From the NCBI GenBank assembly GCA_964016885.1, contig OZ024765.1, forward strand, positions 10,354,001 to 10,418,000: a stretch of 64,000 nucleotides of DNA, in the 5' to 3' direction. Made by a program: the position numbers and the translations under genes. This stretch comes from Eledone cirrhosa. Its lineage: Eukaryota. Below, in pieces: positions 37,901-48,935 of this stretch. The notes under the pieces are model-generated. The model was not told the origin of the DNA. It worked only from the letters and a program-made list of their open reading frames with translations, and made no database searches. Numbering within the stretch: the first letter of the stretch is position 1; every line of letters begins with the position of its first letter.

Positions 37901-38039
37901 CACTAACATCATCACCACCAACAATAGCATGGTGACCACACCACCACCACCACCATACCATCGACACCAAAATGTGAGGTAATGGTCATTTCTTTGTCCT
38001 TTCCATTTTTCTTTAATTAAAACATTTACCCCCCCCCCC

Positions 38040-38073
<34 letters not shown>

Positions 38074-38104
38074 ATACCTCTACTAGTTACAGCTACTACT
38101 AATA

Positions 38105-38208
38105 TACAGCGTGTCCCCCAAAAATGTATACACACCTGATTACCTGTACAGGCAATATTTATTAGAATGCTGTTGAAGTGTGTATATATTTTTGGGGGAC
38201 ACCCTGTA
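38105..38208. mobile_element. Tc1/mariner-type MITE
   Basis: TA-flanked TIRs CAG(G/C)GTGTCCCCCAAAAAT. Copies at 39959-40036, 40350-40450 and 59187-59288. Confidence 0.8.
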
Positions 38209-38239
38209 TAAAACTACTACTACAACCACCACTTACATT

Positions 38240-39085
38240 AAATACTACTACCATCACTACATAATATACTATTACTACCACCACTACATACTATTACTAC
38301 CATCACTACATAATATACTATTACTACCATCACTACATACTATTACTACCATCACTACATAATATACTATTACTACCATCACTACATACTATTACTACCA
38401 TCACTACATAATATACTATTACTACCATCACTACATACTATTACTACCATCACTACATAATATACTATTACTACCATCACTACATAATATACTATTACTA
38501 CCACCACTATATACTATTACTACCATCACTACCACTACTACATACTATTACTACCACTACTACATACTATTACTACCACCACTACATACTATTACTACCA
38601 TCACTACATAATATACTATTACTACCATCACTACATAATATACTATTACTACCACCACTATATACTATTACTACCATCACTACCACTACTACATACTATT
38701 ACTACCACTACTACATACTATTACTACCACTACTACATACTATTACTACCACTACTACATACTATTACTACCACTACTACATACTATTACTACCACTACT
38801 ACATACTATTACTACCACTACTACATACTATTACTACCACTACTACATACTATTACTACCACTGCTACATACTATTACTACCACTACTACATACTATTAC
38901 TACCACTACTACATAATATACTATTGCTACCACCACCACTACTACATACTATTACTACCACTACTACATACTATTACTACCACTACTACATAATATACTA
39001 TTGCTACCACCATCACTTCTTTTACCACCACCACCACTACTACATACTATTACTACCACCACTACTACATTCTATTACTACCACT
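38240..39085. repeat. TAC/CAC-derived ~21-27-bp minisatellite
   Basis: Unit approximately ATACTATTACTACCACTACTAC. Confidence 0.9.
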
Positions 39086-39304
39086 GCCAATACCCCACAT
39101 ACTACCACAACCAAGTACTAATACTACTAGTACTACAGTAAATAAGCAGGAACGATGGACACTTTTCATCCCAAAGTATGTATTCCCCACCTAGATGGAG
39201 TTACCTCTGGTGTTTGTGTATATAGAAATGTGTACCTGTTATATACTGAGGGATATATCCATTTAGTCGACTATACCCCCCTCCCCATATATACATCAAT
39301 ATAT

Positions 39305-39347
<43 letters not shown>

Positions 39348-39544
39348 TGTGTATTTGCCACAGAATGAAACAGCTAGGCATTTATTTATCAGCGAAATAA
39401 AAATCAAGGGCACTCTACCCGATGTATTGAGTGCATTGCTTTTAACCGTCGTTCATTAACGGAACACCATTCTACTACATATGTGAATCTGCTACTTGCA
39501 GCTGCAACTTCGGTTATACTCATTATATATATATATATATATAC

Positions 39545-39925
39545 ACGATATATTAACAAATGGAAATTATATTTATAAAACCATATTTATTTCATGGACA
39601 CCAAGTTAAATTATGGTGTGCTTTCATCAGATAAAATATAATATAGAGCAGACTATCTGGGAGCTTCCAACAGAAATGGTCGCATCTTTTAAGGGTATGT
39701 CAATATTTATTTATAAAACTGCTCTATATTATATTTTATCTGATGAAAGCACACCATAATTTAACTTGGTGTCCTTGAAATATGTATAATGAAATAAATA
39801 TGGTTTTATAAATAATAGTTTCCATTTGTTAATATATCGTATTTTTACTCCAATAATTTGTTGAGTGCTTTATATCAGTTATAAAAATATTTGCTTGTTG
39901 TATCCCAACAATTTAAACTTCTACA
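39545..39925. mobile_element. (TA)n-embedded fold-back element, Penelope-like pLTR remnant
   Basis: Inverted arms 39545-39651 and 39719-39840 carry the hammerhead. A related shorter copy lies at about 21198-21332. Confidence 0.55.
39732..39796 (+). ncRNA. Type I hammerhead ribozyme motif within a fold-back element
   Basis: TATTTTAT-CTGATGA-AAG c ACACCA..TGGTGT c CTT-GAAA-TATGTA-TA^-ATGAAATA. Stem I is 8 bp (one G-U), stem II is 9 bp, triplet AUA. Confidence 0.68.
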
Positions 39926-40252
39926 TATATATATATAAGCAAGGTGTTCTGTTATATATACAGGGCGTCCTCCCAAAAATGTATATACTTTGGTTAGAAT
40001 GCTGTTGAAGTGTCTAAATATTTTGAGAGAAACAGTATATATAAACTATATATATATATATATAAATTAATATATGTCAGCCCTACGGTCAAGTTATACC
40101 ATTTCAGTAGTATTATGATCCTGGTGAGTGTGTATATATATATGTGTGCAAATCTATATTTTGCCTTCTGAAACGATCGTAAAACAATGGATTAATTAGT
40201 CTCACTCGATTTTCTTCATTCTTTCATTGTTTAACATTGAATGTCCCTCCCT

Positions 40253-40300
<48 letters not shown>

Positions 40301-40446
40301 ATTATATATATATATACATTTTTGGGGGACATCCTATATATATTCATATATATAGGGTGTCAAAAATGTATACACACTTCAACAGCATTCTAATAAATAT
40401 TGCCTGTACAGGTAATCAAAGTATGTATACCTTTTTTGGGACATCT

Positions 40447-40479
<33 letters not shown>

Positions 40480-40673
40480 TACCAATATATATATATATCT
40501 TAGCTATCTATTGTAAAAACATAAGCCATGTGTTTAATTAGAATAATTATATATAAATATATGAAATAGCGACGAGAATGCATGTGTTGATGTCAATCAG
40601 TCTTTTTTCCAAAAAAATAACAAAAACAAACCGTGTATTCTAATCTACTACACTCTGACTGACTACACTCGCG

Positions 40674-40820
40674 TATAAGTCGCACCGGTAGATAGGTCGC
40701 ACCTCCATTTTACGTACAATATTTCGAACGTACCATACTATACGTTTTCAAGGTCCAGTTAAGTCGCATGCTGCTTTTGTATTTCACGTCGTATTTACGT
40801 GCAAGGAAAAGGTGCGACTT
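40674..40820. mobile_element. Tc2/pogo-like MITE
   Basis: Inverted ends ACTCGCGTATAAGTCGCACC and GGTGCGACTTATACACGAGTATATACGGTA. Confidence 0.6.
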
Positions 40821-40948
40821 ATACACGAGTATATACGGTAATAATGAAATTATATTATTTATGTTTTTATATATATATAAGTGTGTGTGTGTGTGTATTA
40901 CATTTCTTGAAGATGAACATTTTATATATATTTATATATATATAATGC

Positions 40949-40980
<32 letters not shown>

Positions 40981-40986
40981 ATATGA

Positions 40987-41023
<37 letters not shown>

Positions 41024-41611
41024 CATATATATATACGTAGGTAGGTATATGTGTAAAAGTATATGTATATATTTAATCTTATATATAATGTATGTATGTT
41101 TATATATATATGTATGTGTGTGGAGTATATATATAAATATACACTATTTATAGATATAATGTATGTATATATATTTATATATTTATATATATATATATAT
41201 ATACCTAATGTAGGTATGTTAATTTATTTTATGACAGTGCCGACTACAGACGAATGGTCTTTCGAAGTCACTGTCAATCTAAATTTGACCCATATTATAA
41301 TACATAATCCCGCCGAGGTTAACTTTGCCGTTCATCCTTATGGGGGGTCGATAAAATAAAGTACCAGTAATGTACTGGGATAATTGCTGGCCCTGTTCCA
41401 AAAGTAGAAACAATTATAATATATATATGTGTATATATAGTAGATTCCGAGTTCAATCGGGGGGTAGCCACATTGAACAAGGTACTCAATACATTAATAG
41501 TGGAAACATCAATATTTAATATAGAAATGGCTTCTACAAGGCTAGAACTGTTTCATTCTTATGAAATCATCAGGGTATGCCTGATGATTTCATATGAATG
41601 AAACAGTACTA

Positions 41612-41670
<59 letters not shown>

Positions 41671-41731
41671 TAGATATGTTTCATATCTATTCTACGCACG
41701 TTTCAATACAACACTGAACTTCTCTCATCAC

Positions 41732-41774
<43 letters not shown>

Positions 41775-41778
<4 letters not shown>

Positions 41779-41970
41779 GGAAAAAGTATGACCCTGACGG
41801 CAGTGCTCAAGCCGTTTCGACGGCTATTTCTGGACCATAATTAGCCGTCGAAACGGCTTGAGCTCTGCCGTCGGGGCCATACTTTTTCCTATTTCCCACT
41901 CTACTACCCTAAGTATTGAGTACTCTGGTGCGTTATGGTCCATCTGGTTCCTGACCACAATTTCTTTGTT
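41775..41970. mobile_element. (TA)n-embedded fold-back element with hammerhead half-motif
   Basis: 52-bp arms with 3 mismatches. GAAACGGC..GCCGTC forms a stem III. Relatives lie at 14221-14345 and 42115-42240. Confidence 0.5.
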
Positions 41971-42348
41971 ATATATATATAATATATATATAATATACAA
42001 ATGAATATATGAGAGCGATGAACACCGATATAATTACATGTGTTCGAATATATATATATATATATATGTGTGTGTATGTGTATGTGTATATATATATATG
42101 GATATGGATATAGATCAGAATTTTCTCAGCTTTAAACTAGTAAGACCATTATTCAGCAGAGTACTCAATTCTTGGGATAGTAGATTGTAAGAACCGGGGG
42201 CCATGCGGCTGAGCCCTTGCCGTTTTGATACTAGATTCTCTGTATATATATATATTTGATTATAGTGTAGTACTTCACGATTTTCTTGATGAGAAAACCT
42301 CAATGCCGTATTGAAACGTGCGTAAATATAAAAGAATAAATAAAAATG

Positions 42349-42391
<43 letters not shown>

Positions 42392-45300
42392 TGAATTAAA
42401 TACCTACTTAGATGATTAATCAACATAGTGCTGTCTATATTTTAAAGAAAGTAGTATGTAGATAGTATTTAATGAAACCCAACGGTCAAGCTTAAACAGC
42501 ATCAGCCATTAAAACGGTTTATGTTTGACCATCATGCTTGCATGTATTAAATATGTATGTATATAGGTATATATGTACATGTAAGTGTTATATAGTGTGT
42601 GTGTGTATATATATATCTTCCAAGCTAGCATGGGTTTATATATATATATAGCATAGGTTTATATATATATATATGTATTAAAGATGTAGTTCTATAAAAG
42701 TACAAGTTTTCTTTTCAACTTGCTGAATCTCAATCATTGAATAATCATTAATCATTTATAGTGCTTCTGAAGATGTATGATCAGTAATTATGGTTTGTTA
42801 TACTCAATAATTTTTCTTTATCTAAATTGAAATTAGTTAAGATCTATTGAAACATTTATAGATTTATTCAGTATTTTAAGAAATCACAAATGTTGATTTA
42901 TGGACATGCATGCATTAATATATATATATATATATTTATTTATTTTTGTACATGTGTGTACACAGATATGCGTGTACATATGTATAAATGTGCGTGTGTA
43001 TATATACATATATATATATATGTATGAATATATTTATGTGTATATAGATAGATGTATAAGTATGTAGTATACATGTATATATATGTGTATATATGTATAC
43101 ATTTATTTATACACACACATACAATAAATACATGTATATACAGCAAGGAAAATGGATGTTAATGAAGATGACGTACAGTAGATATTTATTTATATATGTA
43201 TATGTATACATAATCATATATATCTCGACATATATATATATATATAAATTCTATTCGTGTAGGAAAAATTAAAGATACTAGTAGTTCCCTGAACCCCTGA
43301 TCGGATAGGCGTTTCAAAAGCGACCCTACCCCTAGGATCTAAGGTGTGGCATTTAGGGCCAAGATTTGGCTGTTGTTTCTAGCGCCTGTAATACATAGAA
43401 AGCTCCCCCCTCTTCGTCTAATTCTCGAGTGAAAACGAATTAATCGAAAATGTAAAATTACTTTTTGTTTTAACCCCTTCTGGGGCCAAAATAGTAAGAA
43501 CAATTGTTTATAATCTATACAGAAAGGAGGTAGCTGTAGTGGAGGGGAAAGCCGATCACATCCACTACAGTACTTGACTGGTACTTTATTTTATCGACCC
43601 CCTAAGGATGAAAGCCAAATTTAACCTCATTGGGATTTGAACTCAAGTCCCTAAGATTTTGCCTATCGTTTGAGTTAACGGAAAATTTCCAGATGGAATA
43701 AGTAAAAAAAAAAAACGAAAATCCAACGAAAAAAAAAAACAGTATTTTACCGCCATTAGTTAAGGGAGGTAATTAGTGTGAAACTGTGTACACATGGGAG
43801 GGGGGGGATAGAGAGAGGGATGCTGACATTGTAGGGGGCGGCACCTGTACAAAACGGAAGAGAGAGGCGTGAGGGTAAACAGACGATGAGGGTGTCAGTT
43901 GCCGTATTGGGAGTAGGAGGAGGAAGTGGGGAAACGACAATGTCGCTTCCGGGCCAGCCTAACCCGGTTTCGGTTTTTAAGTTGTCAATTTCACTCATGA
44001 TGTTATTTAGCCCCAGGTTATCCCTGACCGGTTAGATCTATGACATCGGACACGATCTCTTTCTTACCTACATTTTATGTTCTGTTTTACAGACTAAACA
44101 TATCTAGGACTACATTTTCTGAAGTGTCTTTCCGTTTTTGCTATTTAATCAACACTATTGTATGATATGAGGGTTATTTAGCTGCTATTTTTTCCAACCA
44201 TAATGTATCTAGGATTACATTTTCCAATGTGTCCTTTCAATTTTTCTATTTCATCAACACAGTGGTCTATTTCCAGTCGGTCATAAATTTACGATGACCA
44301 AAGGGGTTTTAGTCACGGTTATGTCTACATTTTTTGGCAGGCTAAATATACCTAGGATTACATTTTCCAATGTGTCCTACCGAAGGGTTATTTAGCTATT
44401 CTCTCTAGTAGGTCACGAACCTGTGATGAAGAAAAAAACCGCTTCAGACACGAGCACCATTAAATTTATTCGCCGCTCAATCAACACTATGGTATAATTT
44501 GAAGATTACTTAGCTGTTGTTTTTAGTAGGTCGAAAAGAGTGACAATGACAAGCTCTACATAGTGGCAGCGGTGATGGTAGGGGAATGAGTGGGGTGGTG
44601 GGTCATTTTAAATAGTAGGAGCAGGTACGATGAATTATACAAGTGCATAACAACCAGTGGGGGCCGCATGTGCGCTGGAGAAAATGATGAATTTAAATTT
44701 TTTTCCCAAATCATAGGTATGGCATAACTTTATATATATGTATATAGACAGACAGGGTATATATATATAAAATTACTGATTTTTTTTTTTTTGTGCTGTT
44801 GATGGTGGTTATTTTGAAACGTTTAAAGCTATTAATTTTTATTTTCATGTGGGTTATTTTTTTTAGACAGATCGCCAACTTTGCTATTTAAGAATTTGAG
44901 GGATCGTGTGAAAATTTTTTCCCGCGGCGAATGTCCTTTTTTCACATTTTTCCTTGAATATTTCTTAGTTTATTTGCTTTTTATGTTTTTAAAAACAATT
45001 TAGGTTAGACTACCTCGTATTTTGATATATTTTTGGCTAGATCAAACCCCGTTGAGTTCAACTTTGACTTTCATCCTTCTCTGGTGGTAGATGGGATAGG
45101 TCGATAAAATAGAATATTAGAATTCTTATCAATATAATCGTAATCCACATCTTTGAAATATGCAATGATAAATGTTCGAACGTGTAGATTATGATTAAAA
45201 ATCGATGAATTTCAAAAGAAAAATTATTTTTGCTTCCCACGGAAATTACCGGATGTTGTCTGTGATCTTATAACGCAGGAATACCTATTGTTGATTTTTC

Positions 45301-46379
45301 GTTTCTGTCCAACAATTTCATTTAAATTAATTCTGTTAGCTTTTAAAGACTCTATTCTATACTAATACCTTGTAAGACATCTCTCAGAATGTCGTTGAAT
45401 CGAATCCGAAGACTCAGTATTAGGAATGGTGACTGTTATCGATCCGCCGATCATTGACAAGTTAATCAATAATTACAATAATAAAAATAATGCATTTATT
45501 AATTGATAATTGATTTGTTAATAATTATTGTAATAATTGATTAATTAATATAGTAATAGTAATAATGCATTTCTTAATATTTATCGTAACAGTAATGTAT
45601 GTATGGACATGTAACTCCTGATGGAGTTGTAGGGGCCCCACGTTGATATTTAGCATGCCTTGGGAATTTTAAACGTGGCAGAACCCTTCCTCTCTCCAGA
45701 TATGAAAACATTTGATTTCTTCTAGAGAAAAAGATATTGAAGACGTATCGATCCTGTACTGGACTGGTACTTTATTTATCAACCTAGAAAGGATAAAAGC
45801 AAAGGTGATTGCAGTGGGATTTGAACTCAGAATGTAGAGCAGCCAGGACGAACACAGCCAAGCATTTTAGCTAACGGTTTAATACCTTTGCCATTTTGCT
45901 GTATGTCTCGAGCCCAGAGGCTCATCAGGCCGGTGTTTATACTGGTTTACGTAGCGTTAAACGACTGAAAGTACAAGACTTCCCCTGCTGGACAGGGCGT
46001 CAGTCCATCGCAGGGTCAAACCCCCAGCTTTTGTTGATGCTCATTTTCAGCTGAGTATGCTGCAAGCCTGTCCAGAGATTGAACCCACGCCATTATGATT
46101 ATAAGTCCAACACACTTATCACTGGAGTAATGTAAAATGATGTGTTTTGCTCAAGAACACAACACACAACCTAGCCTAGGAATCAAACCCATAACATTAT
46201 GACCATATGTTCAACACCCTTACCACTAGGTCATGCACCTCCACATTTATGATCGTACAGCCAACAATTTGCTGCCTGTTTATCCCTCCAATTTGAGAAA
46301 ACAATGATTATCTCCTCATAAATAATTATCAAACGCAGTTCATTTAACCATAGGCGACGAATTGGCAGAAAGGAGGTAG

Positions 46380-48935
46380 ATCATCATCGTCATCGTTTAA
46401 CGTCCATCTTCCACGCTTGCATGGGTCTGGACAGGAATTGTCCCACTTGAGGCAAGATTGGTTGTCTTGCTCAGGACTGTCTGGCGGGTTTTCTACGGCT
46501 GGTTTTCTACGGTTTTCTATAGGGGAGCAGTCAGCAAAGTTAGGATTGGCAATGAGTATAGCGAGGAATTTAGCGTACAGGTTGGGGTCCACCAGGGCTC
46601 TGTTCTTAGCCCTCTCCTGTTCATCATAGTCCTGCAGGCAATAACGGAGGAGTTTAAGACCGGATGCCCATGGGAACTCCTGTATGCTGATGACCTCGCA
46701 CTCATAGCTGAATCTATGGTAGAACTAGAGAATAAATTCCAAACCTGGAAGCAGGGACTAGAGAGAAAGGGCCTCAAAGTCAACATGACAAAGACTAAGG
46801 TCCTTATAAGTAGATGAGAAAACAGAACCCAGATCCCCTCAGGGAAATGGCCTTGCTCAGTATGTAGGAAAGGTGTAGGTAGGAACTCCATTCTCTGCCC
46901 CAAATGCAAACAATGGGTACACAAGAGATGTAGCGGGATCTCAGGAAGCTTAATTAAGAATGTAGGATTCACATGCAGCAGCTGTGCTGAAACAGCAAGC
47001 AAACAGCCACAGGAAACAAGTACCACCAATCTCTGGGAGGGCCCTGTAGAAACAGTAGACAGCTTCTGCTCCCTAGGTGACTGAATTAGCAACGGAGGTG
47101 GGTGCTCAGAAAGTACAATAACTAGGGTAAGAACGGGATGGAAGAAGTTTAGGGAACTACTACCACTGCTAGCTGCAAAAGGCTTCTCCCTCAGAATGAA
47201 AGGCAGACTGTATGATGCGTGTATCCGAACAGCGATGTTGCATGGTAGTGAGACCTGGGCGCTGAAGGTGGAAGACTTACGTAGATTAGAGAGAAACGAA
47301 GCCTGCATGCTCCGATGGATGTGTAACAGTAATATACGTGAACGACAAAGCATAAAGGAATTGAGAGAGAGACTGAGCATAAGAGGAATCAAATGCTGCG
47401 TGCAGGAGAGGTGGTTACGCTGGTATGGACATGTGATGCGTATGAAGGATGACAGCTGCATAAAAAGGTGCAGAGCACTAGAAGTTGATGGAAACCGCGG
47501 AGTGGGGAGACCCAAGATGACTTGGGATGAGGTGATAAAAGCCGACCTTACCCAACTACACCTCTCAAAGTCAATGACACACGACCATGACTTCTGGCGT
47601 CACGCAGTAATACAGGGTACCCGACCTCCCATGGGTACATGCTGAAGCATATAAACAATATGCCCCCCCCCCCCACCGCAAGGTGGTCGTGGAGGTGCCA
47701 CGGCAAAAAAGCACCCAGCCCACACTGTAAAGTGGACGTGCAGGCGCCACGAAAAAGCACCCAGCACTCACTGTAAATGAGGTTGGTGTTAGGAAGGGCA
47801 TCCAGCTGTAGAAATCAAGCCAGATCAGTTCCTGTATGAGCAAGGCATGGTCAGCCGACCAGACACTGCCCACAACAGGACAACCCGTCTAACCCATGCT
47901 AGCGTGGAAGAACGGACGTAAAACGGTGATGATGATGATGATGATGGATGCCCTTCCTAACACCAACCACGTTTACAGTGTGGACTGGGAGGTTTTTACC
48001 GTGTTACCTACACGACCTCATTTATTTAAGACTGGATGTTGTGGTACCAACATAGCTTTACATCGAAAAGGGTGGTGTAGATGGCGGTAGGGGTAGTGGG
48101 ACGGGGGTGTATTTTGGTTAAGAGGTGCCTACTGACTGTAGGTTTCGCTTTGTACTCGGGCAAGGCGGGTCTTCTGTATTACTAAGTAGCACCAAAGATC
48201 TCGGTCCAGTCACATTGTCTTGGAGAGGTGTAAGTGTGTGAGGTTGGATTTTATCAAGTCGTCCCAAGTTTTTCTGGTCTGCCTACTCCGTAGCTACCGT
48301 CTATTTTGATCGCCCTGCACTTTTTTTATACAGCTGTCGTCTTTCATACGCATCACGTGACCATACCAACGCAGTCTTCTCTCGAGTAAACAGCATCTGA
48401 TCCCTCTTATTCCTAATTTCTCACTTAGTTCATTTATGCTTTGCCGTTCGCGTATATTTCTATTACAGTTCCAACGGAGCATGCAGGCTTCGTTCTTCCC
48501 CAGTCTGCGTAGATCCTCTGCCCACAAGGCCCATGTCTCATTGCCATGTAACATCGCTGTTCGTATGCAGGCATCATACAGCCTGCCTTTTATTTTTAGA
48601 GAGAAACCTTTAGCGGCCAATAGTGGTATATGCTCTCTGAACTTTTTCCATCCCGTTTGGACTCTAGCTACAGTACTTTCGGAGCACCCTCCTCCCTTGC
48701 TGATTTTGTCACCCAAGTAACAGAAGGTGTCCACTATTTCTATAGAACCATCTGGGCAATGGAATGAGCTAGTATTCTGTGGGCATTTGCTGCTACTTAT
48801 TGCACCAGAGCACCGGCCACATATAAAATCTATATTCTTAGCTTACCTGTGATCTACATATTTTATGCACCCATACTTTGCATTTGGGACATAAAATGGA
48901 GTTTCTGCCTACCCCTTTCCTACACACTGAGCATG
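46380..48935 (-). mobile_element. RTE LINE 3' portion (host copy), 3' UTR split by an antisense insertion
   Basis: ORF 48294-48734 (DTFCYLGD..LRWYGHVMRM). The UTR continues at 47945-48200 and resumes at 46380-46502, matching the intact UTR of the copy at 55180-55655. Confidence 0.85.
46520..47944 (+). mobile_element. 5'-truncated RTE LINE (RT C-terminal half, Cys-rich insert, 3' UTR, (GAT)n tail)
   Basis: GVHQGSVLSPLLF..LLYADDL RT motifs, in-frame stops near 46815 and 47083, LRWYGHVMRM..GRPKMTW C-terminus. Confidence 0.93.

Noticed and set aside
37408-37982. His/Pro-rich ORFs
   Set aside because: Explained by (CAT)n compound repeats; no convincing exon structure.
46517-47515. 332-aa minus-strand ORF
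   Set aside because: Antisense shadow of the RTE reverse transcriptase frame.
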